Source: Folioceros fuciformis (lineage: Eukaryota). Taken from it: a stretch of DNA of 59,765 bases. How positions within the stretch are numbered: position 1 is the first letter of the stretch; the number at the start of each line of letters is the position of its first letter. The notes under the pieces were generated by a model. It did not search any database. It saw nothing but the letters and a program-made list of their open reading frames with translations, and had not been told where the DNA came from. Location of the stretch: the NCBI GenBank assembly GCA_049999805.1, contig JBNGIO010005822.1, positions 1 through 59,765 of the forward strand, read 5' to 3'. The position numbers and the translations under genes are program-made. Positions 13,932 to 25,100 of the stretch are shown here, in pieces.

Positions 13932-16712
13932 GTGAAACGTCGAGAGGATGTCTACAGTCAGCTCCTCCCAGCAATCTGCAGACATCTCCTCAAACTCGTC
14001 CACCAGCTCGACTCCCAGCTTCCGTTTAGGCTTATGGATGCCCTTCTTCATCTGGGCCTTGTGCATAAGGCACCATGCAGGAACCCCTTTATTAGTGGGG
14101 GCCAAGGTGAACCTAGCCGGGGGAGGCTGGGGATCTGTGTCATGCAAATGGAGACCCAGACATTCTCGTTCGAGCCAGTTTGGGTAAATGAGCAGCGTAT
14201 TGCTCGGAATATGCAGATGGGTCGGTGTGCTATGACAGGCTACTGGAGCTCGCTGGATGATTTTGGCCCTCTCAGGCCTGCAGGTTTCGAAAGGGTTGTA
14301 ACGGCTGAAAACGTGAAAAGGCTGTGTCATGACGGCCGTCTCATTGAGGCCGTGGAGTTGTTGGGCATTCTAGTGCGAGCAGACTGCTGTGTTTCCCAGG
14401 CTCTGATTTGTACAGTACTGAAAAAATGTATATTGAAGAAGGACCTTGCTTTGAGTCGCCGCGTCCATGCTTTTACTGTGAGAATTGGGCACGAATCAGA
14501 TCCGTTCGTGTGCAACCACATTCTGCGAATGTATGCTTCTATCGGCAGGTTGGAAGATGCGATGGACGTGTTCACCATGGTTGCGAAACGAGATGCCTTC
14601 ATGTGGTCTTCTATAATATCTGCCCATGTTAACCATGGGCAAGATAGGCGGGCCGTACGACTGTATCATGAGATGCGCCGGTCAAATGTGGAGCCAGACT
14701 GCCACGTATTTGTGGCGGCTCTCCAGGCTTGTGCAAGGGGAACAGACTTGAAAAGTGGGCAACAGGTCCATGCTGATGTGTTGGCAAGTGGCGTTGATCC
14801 TGATCTGTTTGTGAGCAGCAGCTTGGTGGACATGTATGCAAAGTGTGGCAGTTTGGAAGAAGCTCAACTAGTATTTGATGGGATTCGTGACAAGGATGTG
14901 GTGACTTGGAATGCCATGATAGCAGGGTATTCCCAGCAAGGGATGGGGCAGGAAGCCTTCCGGCTGTACAGTGCTATGCAGGAAGATGATGTGGCTGCAG
15001 ATTCTGTGACTTTTGTGTGCCTCCTGCAGGCGTGCGCAAGTGTGGGCAACCATGCTCTGGAGATGGGAAAGCAGCTTCATGCACAGATCAATGAACGAGG
15101 ACTTCAGGCACATGTGTTCATAGCTAACAGTTTGGTACACATGTATGCAAAGTGTGGCAGCTTAGAGAATGCTCAGGATCTGTTCGATCGTCTTGGACAA
15201 AAAGATGCTGTCACGTGGACGGCCCTGATCTCGGGATACTCCAAGAACGGCATGGGCCAAGAAGCTCTTCGTTTGTACCGTGCCATGGAAGAGGACGGAG
15301 TGACTGCACCAGATTCTGCGACTTTCGTGTGCCTTTTGCAGGCTTGTGCAAGTGTGGGCACCTCTGCCCTGGAGAAGGGGAAACAGTTTCATTCGCAAAT
15401 ACGAGAACGGGGTTATGAATCTGATGTGCTTGTGGCCGGCAGTTTGGTGAACATGTACGCAAAATGTGGCAGCATGGAGGAGGCTTGGAGGCTGTTTGAG
15501 GGACTTGATCACAAAAATGTGGTTACGTGGACTGCTCTGATTTCAGGATGTTCCCAGCAGGGGAGGGGGCAGTTAGCCCTTCACCTGCATGGTGCCATGC
15601 AAGAAGTAGGCATTACTGTGCCCAATGCGGTGACTTACACATGCCTACTGCAGGCATGTGCAAGTGTGGGCAGCCACGCTTTAGAGAAGGGCAAGCTGCT
15701 TCATGCACAGATTAGAGAACAAGGCCTTGAAGCAGATGGGTTAGTAGCCAACAGTTTAGTCAACATGTATGCGAAGTGTGGCAGCCTGGAGGATGCCCGA
15801 AAAGTGTTTGACGGACTGGACCAAAAGAATGTGGTGACATGGACTGTCCTAATTGCAGGGTACTCGCAGCAGGGCATGGAGCAGGAAGCCCTCCGTCTCT
15901 ACGGTGCCATGCAAGACGAAGGGACCGCTGTGTCCAATGCGGTGACTTTTATGTGCCTCCTGCAGGCGTGTGCCAATGTGGCAGCTCTGCATCGGGGCAG
16001 GCAGCTTCATGCACAGATTGAAGAACGAGGGCTTCCAGTGGACGCGTGTTTAGCCGGCAGTTTGATAAACATGTACGGAAAATCTGGGAGCGTGGTCGAA
16101 GCGCAGCAGGTGTTTGATGCCACGCCAGAAAGAGATGTTGTTGCTTGGAGCGCACTGATCGCAGGCTATACCTGTCAAGGAGACAGTGAAGCGGTCTTCG
16201 ACTTGGTCCAAAGAATGGGAGAGGACGGCATACAGCCAGTGGGAATCACATTCCTCAGTGTACTTACAGTATGCAGTCATATGGGTCTAGTGACGCAGGG
16301 GAAACACTACTTCGAGGCTATGACTAGACACTACAGCATCACTCCCACGCTGGAGCACTACACATGCATGGTGGATCTCCTGGGCCGTGCCCGCCAATTG
16401 GATGAGGCACTAGCTTTGGTAAGGATAATGCATATACCCCCTAATGCTGCAATCTGGCACACTCTGCTGAGTGCCTGTAGTAAGTGGAGCAACGTGGAGG
16501 TGGGACGTCATGCTTTCGATGAAGCAGTGAAGGTGGACCACAAGGATGCCGTAGCCCATGTGTTGATGTCCAACATTTACGCAGGAGCCCGGATGTTGGA
16601 TCAGGCACATGAGATGCAGGCAAGGCGAATGAAAATCAGGGCCTGGAAGCAGCCGGGTCAGAGCTGGTGGACAGACGGGGAGGGACGAGTGCATAGCTTT
16701 CTGGTTGAGTGA
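13932..16712 (+). CDS. PLS-class pentatricopeptide repeat protein with E domains and WW-type PG box, no DYW deaminase (E+ type organellar RNA-editing factor)
   Basis: Intronless 926-aa ORF with repeated P-L-S triplets (DVVTWNAMIAGYSQQG / VTFVCLLQACA / SLVDMYAKCGSLEEA), E motifs (HYTCMVDLLGRA, IWHTLLSACS) and end KQPGQSWWTDGEGRVHSFLVE*. The ORF opens on GTG, so the true start is probably a downstream ATG. Confidence 0.95.
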   Translation: MKRREDVYSQLLPAICRHLLKLVHQLDSQLPFRLMDALLHLGLVHKAPCRNPFISGGQGEPSRGRLGICVMQMETQTFSFEPVWVNEQRIARNMQMGRCAMTGYWSSLDDFGPLRPAGFERVVTAENVKRLCHDGRLIEAVELLGILVRADCCVSQALICTVLKKCILKKDLALSRRVHAFTVRIGHESDPFVCNHILRMYASIGRLEDAMDVFTMVAKRDAFMWSSIISAHVNHGQDRRAVRLYHEMRRSNVEPDCHVFVAALQACARGTDLKSGQQVHADVLASGVDPDLFVSSSLVDMYAKCGSLEEAQLVFDGIRDKDVVTWNAMIAGYSQQGMGQEAFRLYSAMQEDDVAADSVTFVCLLQACASVGNHALEMGKQLHAQINERGLQAHVFIANSLVHMYAKCGSLENAQDLFDRLGQKDAVTWTALISGYSKNGMGQEALRLYRAMEEDGVTAPDSATFVCLLQACASVGTSALEKGKQFHSQIRERGYESDVLVAGSLVNMYAKCGSMEEAWRLFEGLDHKNVVTWTALISGCSQQGRGQLALHLHGAMQEVGITVPNAVTYTCLLQACASVGSHALEKGKLLHAQIREQGLEADGLVANSLVNMYAKCGSLEDARKVFDGLDQKNVVTWTVLIAGYSQQGMEQEALRLYGAMQDEGTAVSNAVTFMCLLQACANVAALHRGRQLHAQIEERGLPVDACLAGSLINMYGKSGSVVEAQQVFDATPERDVVAWSALIAGYTCQGDSEAVFDLVQRMGEDGIQPVGITFLSVLTVCSHMGLVTQGKHYFEAMTRHYSITPTLEHYTCMVDLLGRARQLDEALALVRIMHIPPNAAIWHTLLSACSKWSNVEVGRHAFDEAVKVDHKDAVAHVLMSNIYAGARMLDQAHEMQARRMKIRAWKQPGQSWWTDGEGRVHSFLVE

Positions 16713-18350
16713 GCATCCAATTCAAATTCGTGGCTGAGACTCAAATTCATCGCGCCAATACACTCCGACAACTGCTGTCCGTGGACTTCGTCCACCGGTA
16801 CTCGACTGATCAAACCCCGTCACTCGATGATCCCGAAGCTCCTGTCTCTGCGGAAGACCTAGCTGAGAAGGTTTGTTCCAGGATCAACGACAGTGCGAAG
16901 TGGTGCTCCGAGACTGAGCTGTCCAGCACGGGCTCTGCGGACAGCAAGGTGTACGGTGTATGCGGAAGGCCAGAAGCTGAGTGGTTTTGATGCTAGCACG
17001 GATTCCAGGGAATGCGACAGTTCTGTGGAAATTTGCAAGTTGATGCAACCTGGTGCAACCTCAACAGATCTTACAACAGGAGGGTAAACCTGTTGTTGTT
17101 GCCCTATGTAGTTCAGTTTCTGCACGGCACTGGACGTCATCTGCAAACGGTACCCGAATCTGATCTTTCCAAGGCTTTGCAGGCTGACGACGAACGACGC
17201 TCGTGTCGGAAAGCGAACGTCTTCTGGTGATGACTGCCTGCAACTGCCCATCACCTTATCATGCGGGTAATTGCTTAAATTCTGACAAGTTATTTGAAAA
17301 TTATTGGCTCATTGATTGTTGAAATACTTACCCTCTTCAGCAAAGGCATTGTGTGCAAGTTTTGTCTTTGTCTACTAGAGTAAACACACAATCACCAGAA
17401 AGGTAATCAGAAGTACTAAACATACAATTATCAGCAAGTTAATGGTAAAAATTGCATATGCTGAAAAAAATGTCTGCCTATGTCATCATTTATTGGGCCA
17501 TTTATTTTTTTCAAGCTATATTTGAGGTATGGACTTATTTTCAATAAGACCTAACAAGCAAAAACCCCTTTCCGGAATTCAATTTGAATGTTCCTTCCAA
17601 ACAATTCTAAGGTTTAGTGGTTAAGGTGGAGGCAACAAAATTCCCTGCCATCCAAGGCTCTAGAACACTGTTCATCATCCCGGCTTAGTAATCTTGAAGT
17701 GTATTCTAAGTAATTTATATGATGTAAAAGCATCTTAAATTATTTTTATAATTTAAATACAATTCAAAGCAATTAAAGTTATTCTGTATGTTTGGTTTGC
17801 CTGTGAAATTTGGTTGGTTTTTATAAGTGTAGTAGAAGAGTGATAGCTTGTAACTATCAATGGACTCCACCACATCCTCTTCTCTTGTTCCATTACCTTC
17901 ATGTGGTGCTTGTGAACCATAATTAACGTATGGTGCATATTTGTAATAGACATTGCTTACATTATCATCTCTAAGCTTCCTTCATCACCTTCTTGTGTTA
18001 CTTGTGAACCATAACCATTTTTTGTAGATGATTGTCATTAAGGTTGTCCACCTCTTTATCAAGCTTTTTCACATCATGTGAAGATGAACCCATATGTGGA
18101 GAAGTAGACATTGAGTTCCCATAGGAAAACCAATCCTTGTCCATATATATGTCTTGATAGAATTCATTCCTTTTCGCACAACTTTAGCTTCAAAAGTTAA
18201 TGAAGTGACCAACAAAATGACGAAGAGAGACCTTGAAATGTGTTTTCGATTTCGACCCCCTAGTCCTAAAACTTAAATCAGATGGTGATAGGGATTTGAT
18301 TTGTGAACACGTTATCATCAACCTATAGATGGGTAGTAGAGGGTTGTGAA

Positions 18351-18518
18351 TTGCCAAAGTCCCATAGGGCCATAGCATTGTGCAAGTGCCATAGTCCCAT
18401 AGGGCGATAAGGTTGTGCAAGTGCCAGAGTCCCATAGAGCCATAGGGTTGTGCAAGTACCAAGGGTCCCATAGGTCCATAGGGTTGTGCAAGTGCTAGAG
18501 TTCTATAGGGCCATAGGC
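18351..18518. repeat. Tandem repeat, about 35-bp unit, about 5 copies
   Basis: Unit approximately GTCCCATAGGGCCATAGGGTTGTGCAAGTGCCAGA, repeated with substitutions. Confidence 0.9.
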
Positions 18519-19356
18519 AAGGATTTTTCAAGGTTCATTAAGTAGTGTGTAAAGTGTACACATTATGGTCGTAAAAATGGAGTTTTTTGCTCTTTCTTTC
18601 CCACAACGTGTATTCATTTCTTTATTCCATTACAAAGAACAATGGCCAATACTACCTTTAGAACATAAATTATGGGAGAAGTAAGTGGTTTTGAGAATGA
18701 TGTTCGAAGGGGCTAATACTTTTGGCATTTGGCCTTGCTAGGGTTGTTCTCCTCTTATCTTTGGAGTAGATGGAACTTTTCATTTCTTTTTTAGTATTAC
18801 TATTAGTATTAGAAAATAACTCTTCGCTTAAACATCCTTCATGTTACCAACATATATTAATATTAATATAAAATTTATATAATTATGAAAGTTATTTGTT
18901 AACATTATTATATTTGATTAAAGATGTAATCACAGTTTTATAAGATGTAATGGGAGGCTTTGAATGAAGACTTTATTACATAAAAAGTGAATAATCTACT
19001 TATCCTTGAATAAAGAGAAGACCCCTTGAAAGGGCACTAGATCTTGTAGGACTCAACCTCGTTCTTCTTCAAGATCTATTGGGAAAAGTAGGCCCATGAA
19101 TTCTCTTGGATGAAAGAAAGTAATTAGGAACTTCCATTTGCCCTACTTGGTGCATCGTGACCCACCTCCAAGGCAAATAAGTTCACAACTTTTGAAAACA
19201 GCCATCAAAATGTTTTTAGGCATGTCGTGCTATCCCGCTAAACATGACACTCATGTATAGTTCATTAGATAATAATACTCAAACCACGCCACATTAAACA
19301 CTACATGATGTGCTACAACTCTATAAGAGTGAAGCATTTGCTTCCTTCATACACCA

Positions 19357-19525
19357 CAAAATCTCCTCTACGTACATCCACACTTCTTAGAATCATTAGC
19401 TTCTCAAATCCTCAATCGAGTCACATGGTCTTGCACAAAATCTCCTCGACCTGCATCCACACTTCTTAGAACCCTAAGAACCGTTAGCTTCTTCAAATTC
19501 TCAATCGAGTCACATGATCTTGCAT
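19357..19525. repeat. Direct tandem duplication, about 80-90 bp x2
   Basis: CAAAATCTCCTC...CATCCACACTTCTTAGAA...TCAATCGAGTCACATG.TCTTGCA occurs twice in succession. Confidence 0.85.
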
Positions 19526-20741
19526 ACTGTTGTGTACATGCACATCTCAACTGGATTTCTAACAAGAGAATGCACTTCCAAGATAATGCAATAAAGAGAA
19601 TGCTCTTTCAAAAGAAAGTCTATTTCAAAGAAAACAAGAGAATACAAAGCTTACAATTACAGCGGATGCACTCAAGAGAATGCTCCCTCAAGAGAAAGCC
19701 CACTTCAAAGAAATCTAAAGGATATTCAATAGATTGGCATGGAGCAAGTTGTAACCTAAAGATTTTGTTTTATGTGCATTGTTCAGTAAGTAGAACAAGT
19801 ACCACATTGGTATTGTATAAGATTTGTCAATACAATCTAATAGGAATGATTGTGCTCTCCAAATTTCAATCTACCATACCACATGAAACAAGGACCAAGC
19901 GATTGCACATTGGCTTTTTTTGTAACCTTTAAAAATATTGTCTTTCCAAATGAAAAGGGTAGGAGGACCACCATGAAATATGAGGAAAAGAAAGTTGAGA
20001 TGGAAGCCATGACATACCAGGAGAAGATGCATATTGACACAAACACGACAACTTCAAGGACCAGTCCGGGTGACCTAGCCACCTTTGATGGTTTATTTCA
20101 CTCACTCTTTCACATAAATACATGGTTTCCCATCTTGTCTTTCAAAAGAAACTAAAAATTTGAACACCCTCATCCGGAGATATGCCATTTAGTTGTGCAT
20201 GAAGAGAGATCTCATGATATGTACATGGTTCTCATCATGTTCCCAATAGGCCATGTTGAAGCGTTATGAGTAGTAGAAACGCACTCCGTCCAAAGTGAAT
20301 TGTAAACTAAGACAGTCATTTCATTTCAAGGTGAAAGTGATATGAAGCCAGACTGATGTTGCCAAATGAGGCAGGGACAGGGAAGCACGTGACAAGCTTT
20401 TGGCGCTTTGTGTTGGATAGAAACCTATTGGCTCACCCCCCTGGGAAACGTATGTACAGTATTTGCAGGGCTGTTGGCGACTCTACACTGTCTTTGCCTG
20501 TTATCACGACTGGGAAATGGGCGTACAGTACATTGGCAGAAGGCGGAGGGAGGGGGGTGAATTGTATGTGACAGATTTCATGGGGAGGGTGGAGGGGCGA
20601 CTGGTGAAGTAGCTGGACTGTCCCTGAGCCAGAACGCTTGAGGTACGGTACGGGTGCGCCATGTCCAGCTGGCGTGTTGCTGCACAACATGGGCTCGCCG
20701 ATGTAGCCGCAGCTTGAGGAAAAGGGGAGCAAGGAGCGGTG

Positions 20742-22120
20742 ATGCCGTCGCAACATCGCAGGCATGGCACGCCGAAGCCGTGGCCCGGAGGGCAAACGGC
20801 TGCCAAGTCCGCGCACCTGCAGCAACAGCAGCAGCAGCAGCAGCGACAGCGTGCTGTGATTGGACTGGAAGCAGTCCGTGGCAGTAGCACCGGGGTGGCC
20901 AAATATTTTTTCAACCACGTGAAGGGGGCTGATCACCTGGGGGTGGATTCTCGCCCCTCCGAGGTCGCTCCTCAGGCTGTGCTTCTCGTTCGCAAGCAGC
21001 GGGTTGGTTCCAATTTTGCGTCTTCTCAGTGATGGCCTTGCCTGCTCAAAGGGGAGCTAGGAACCAGCTGCCTGTGCTCTGCTCTCCAATGCTCTGTGGG
21101 TGCAGCTTGGATCTCAAACGTTGATGGAAACTTTGGTGCAAGGCACGCGCACCAATCTCAAGGAGCTGCGGGTTAGATTTGTTCATCCTCTATTGCGGGC
21201 GCAAGGGGAGGCCGGCCAGGCTGGTTCCATTGCCTTTACCTCTGGCACAGACCTTCGAAGCCGGCACCGCCTGAGTGTCGAGAGTACGATTGGGTGCTCA
21301 CTCATAACTCACTTTCAGTGTGCTCGTTTTCCGCCCGACATTTTCACTGCTTCTGTGCTTTGGAAGACTCTCCGTTCTGTCCGGTCCTGACGTGGTCCTC
21401 ATCCTAATACGGTTCAGGGGAGAGGCGGACAAGCAGAGCCTTTCGACCAGCGTTTCTTCAGACTTGGCCTCCAGAATTGCATGGGGCATTGCTCTTTCTT
21501 ACAAGTTAGTTGTCTACATGTTCTGCCTCGTCTATTCTACGTTCTTGCGGTCGTCTGCTCTACGTTCTTGCGGTCGTCTGCTNNNNNNNNNNCGGTCGTC
21601 TGCTCTACGTTCTTGCGGTCGTCTGCTCTACGTTCTTGCAGGCTATGACTCAAGGGTTTGTGCTCTGACCAGATTGGATCCCAAGATAACTCTCTTCTCT
21701 CGATTCTGCGATGACGATCCTGCTAGGAAACGGCTGGTTCTCCAGGTGAGTTAATTCCTTGTATAAGGAGCAACGCTATCCAGTCCTGGGTTTCGGCAGG
21801 GCTTGACGTGCAACCGTGTCTCTCCTGCCAGGCTGTGGCAAGGGTGAGCTCTTGGGACACTATATCTGCAATGTGGGCAGCAGCCAAAGGCAGGCCGTCA
21901 CAGGCTGCCTTCAGCTGGACCCGGCGTCTTCCTTACCAAGGTGACCTGCAATCATGTCATTTCATATCCTACGCATTTACATCACCATTCTCATCCTTCG
22001 CCTGCAGGCGGCTCTGGCGAGGAGGCTGTTCAGTTCAAGTTTCTCTGTGCAAGTAGTGGAGCCTACGTGGTGAGCCTGAAGGTGAAAGGAAAGATCGGGG
22101 GAACCTCGAGTATCACTTGA
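20742..22120 (+). CDS. Hypothetical six-exon protein of about 283 aa with N-terminal polyQ
   Basis: Exons 20742-21002, 21106-21283, 21418-21504, 21642-21745, 21832-21940 and 22008-22120 all have GT-AG boundaries with matching phases and give one open frame. No family recognised. Confidence 0.6.
21537..21640. repeat. 23-bp minisatellite containing an N gap
   Basis: CTACGTTCTTGCGGTCGTCTGCT repeated at least 4 times; 10 Ns at 21583-21592. Confidence 0.9.
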
Positions 22121-22158
22121 GGTGCAATTTTGCAATACGGTAAAGTCATCAACCCTAC

Positions 22159-25100
22159 TTACTTTCTAGCTCCAAAGTACAATTCAATGTACTCTAAAGC
22201 AGGCAAATTCCACGTCCAATCTTGTTGCATCGCCCGCTTACTCACGGAATTCAACCATTCTCGACCATCGTACCATGCCGACAGCGCCCTGATTAAAGTT
22301 GCATCAAATATGACGTCAAATTTCTAGTGCTGGTCTTGGACAGTAATTTCGAGAGGAAAAGAGAATGAATACACGGTCTCACCTATTGACAGCATAATCA
22401 ACTCCGGCGACATCAGGATTATCAAAACTGAAACCGTTGGGCTCCAGTCCTTGCTCTTTTGCCCTCTCCATGTCATGATCAACATCGAACACCGTGTCAT
22501 ACAATCCTGAAACGCAGGCACGGGTCAGCTCCCAAGCGGAACGTAAAGAAACATGAACACCGAAGCCAACTCGCACTTACCACCAGTCTTTCTCACGATT
22601 GGAATTGCACCATAGCGCATTGCTGTGAGTTGAGTTAAACCGCAGGGTTCAAATAGCGATGGTATCAGCATAAAATCTGCTCCAGCATAGATCTGCGGAC
22701 GAGAAGTCAGTCGCACTGTGTTCAGAAACCCTGAAAAGATTGGATACACTCCAGAAGGAAGGAAGCTCCGCACAACTGAGTTCTGAAACATTACCAGATG
22801 AGAAAGTGGCTCGTCATAAGAAAGCCACAGCCGAGCCATGTCACCATGCTGCTGGCCCAATTGGTTGGCAAGATTCACGAAGTCATTTTGCACCCTTGGG
22901 TCAGGTGCCGAACCAAGCAGTACAACCTGCGTCCACGCTAAAAAAAATTAAGGACTTCACTGCAACAACTGCATCAACGTAAGCTGAAGCGTGACAAAAG
23001 CAAAAAGCCCTTGGCACACAAACCAACCTGGCCCCCACGATCAAGTATCCGCCAGATGGCATGTTTGATGAGGTGTATGCCCTTTTGGGCAGTTAGTCGT
23101 GTTATCACACCAACTACAGGACGATCTGTCCTTCGCAATCCCAATCTTTGCTGAAGCTCTTGTTTTGCAGCCAGCTTACCCTCTAATGCGTTATCAGCGG
23201 TGTAGTTCACCTGGAACTCAGGAACATCAAGCTTGGGACGTGCAATTTGCTAATGCAGAAGAAGAACGGAAGAACGCACCGGCAAACAAAATCAAGCAAG
23301 CCCAACGCTCTTTGACCCAGACAACTCAAGGCAATCTCAGTTGCACTAAAACAGATTCTCTGAGTTCCTGAGACATACAGGGATATAAGGGTCGCTGAAA
23401 GGATCCCAGATATCAGGATCAATCCCGTTTCGTATACCGTAGAACTTCCACAGATGCGGAGATATCACTGGATTACCGGCTACTTCCTTGGCATACGTGT
23501 TAGAGACCTTCACAAGGAAAGCAAGAGGCACAAGGCAACAGATGAGTCAAGAAATGGCAAAACACAGAGATCCGTAACAGCTTTGCAGGATCTACCGTAG
23601 TTGCTCGATGAGAGTTTTGCATAGCCTTTCCGATGAGAGGGGCTCCGAACTCCAAGTTGTGGATGGTGAAGACAATTCTTGCATTGGATAGCCTACCCGA
23701 ATATTGCTCATGAAACAACCATGCTACAGGGGCAGAGGACCAGTCATGACAATGTATGATATCCTGAGAAGTGCAAACAACAAGAGCTTACCAATCACTA
23801 TTCATTGTCAACGAGTCTGAATTTCAAGAAAGGCTGTGGGCATCATACAAATTGACTTGCGTATTCATATCAGAGACCCAATTGACGACGACATGTCTTA
23901 CTGGCGATCGTCCACTTTGTGATAAAAATTCCAGAGCCGCATGACAGAAAAAATCAAAGCGGCTACTATCATCTCGTCGCCCATATATGCATCCAGCCCA
24001 GACCATGCTGTGACATTGAAAGAGTGAGAAATATAATTCTAACAGATCAACCGGGGAATCATCGAGGAACTACAGCGGGCACAAACCAACAGCATCTTTC
24101 AAGAGCAGTTGCCGTAAGAAATCAATCCCGTGTAAAGCATACTACATTAGGGCACGAGAGTAAAAAACTGGACATTTACCCATTCTCAGGTTCCAAAAAC
24201 TGCACAGAGAGGCCTTCCACTTTCCCATTCCATACCCTGATTCTTGTGCCTCCCCAATGAAATGCATCTCGCTCTTGCAAGTCAACAATCTGAAACATGC
24301 AAATCAATTAAGGGAATTGAAGCAGAAGCAGTCAGTAAAAGCTGCAGAGGCAAATTGTTCTCTTACATTTCTGTAGTCTAAACAGTCATACTTGGGCAGG
24401 ACAACCTCCACATTGTGACCTAAGTCTGCCACAGCTCTGGATAGACTTGTGACCACATCGCCAAGTCCTCCAACCTGCACCAAGAAGTCCAATGAAAGTT
24501 AAAAGCACTGCAATGTATTAGGCCCTTCAAGCTATGTATTACATTTTTTTGTCCCGACTTGCTTTTCCTCGAGCTTCACATCCTAACGGCATACATCACC
24601 TTGGCAACCGGTGCCATCTCAACAGCCACATGGACTATATTTAGGGGTGGCTCCTTCGATGTGCCTCCAGACACAGGTACATGGTAGTCCAAGCCATTCT
24701 TGTTGTCAAAACGTCCTCCATCCTCACCTCCTCTCTCCGAAAATACGAAGTCGAGAATGAAAGCATCAAATGGTACTTGAACTGCCACGGATGTAGACAC
24801 ATTATTAGCTGCCAATAAAGGCCAAATATCCCAATTTGGAAATTGCAGGAAGCAGATCTAGTAACTACAGAGGACAATCGCAATAGGCCCTGCGTTTCAC
24901 GTCGGGAGCCAACTGGGTAAAAGTATGCTCACTGTTGACTATCATCAGCAATAAAAGCAGCAGTGCATTGAATGGCCATTTTATGGCAGCAATTAAAATT
25001 AGACAGCGTTACCATGTCATGGCAAAGGACAGGTAAAAAGAGAGCTACCACGCCGTAGCAACACCGAGAAAGGTTTCAATTCTTTACCAGTTGCCTGCAA

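Larger units (their letters stand above)
17270..20330. mobile_element. AT-rich island of probable degenerate transposon-derived sequence
   Basis: Sharp drop in GC, no credible ORF, internal tandem arrays, and sequence shared with the second AT-rich island. No transposase motif or terminal repeat identified. Confidence 0.45.

Noticed and set aside
16709..16990. ORF directly after the PPR stop as a frameshifted DYW domain
   Set aside because: No HxE, CxxC or terminal DYW-like triplet.
18351..18518. 35-bp array as a CRISPR
   Set aside because: Head-to-tail units without unique spacers, eukaryotic context, and no cas genes.
19570..20155. ORFs in the AT-rich island as genes or transposase
   Set aside because: No recognisable domain; partly built from local duplications.
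20433..20936. Minus-strand polyLeu/polyCys ORFs
   Set aside because: Antisense readings of the CAG microsatellite in the orphan gene's first exon.
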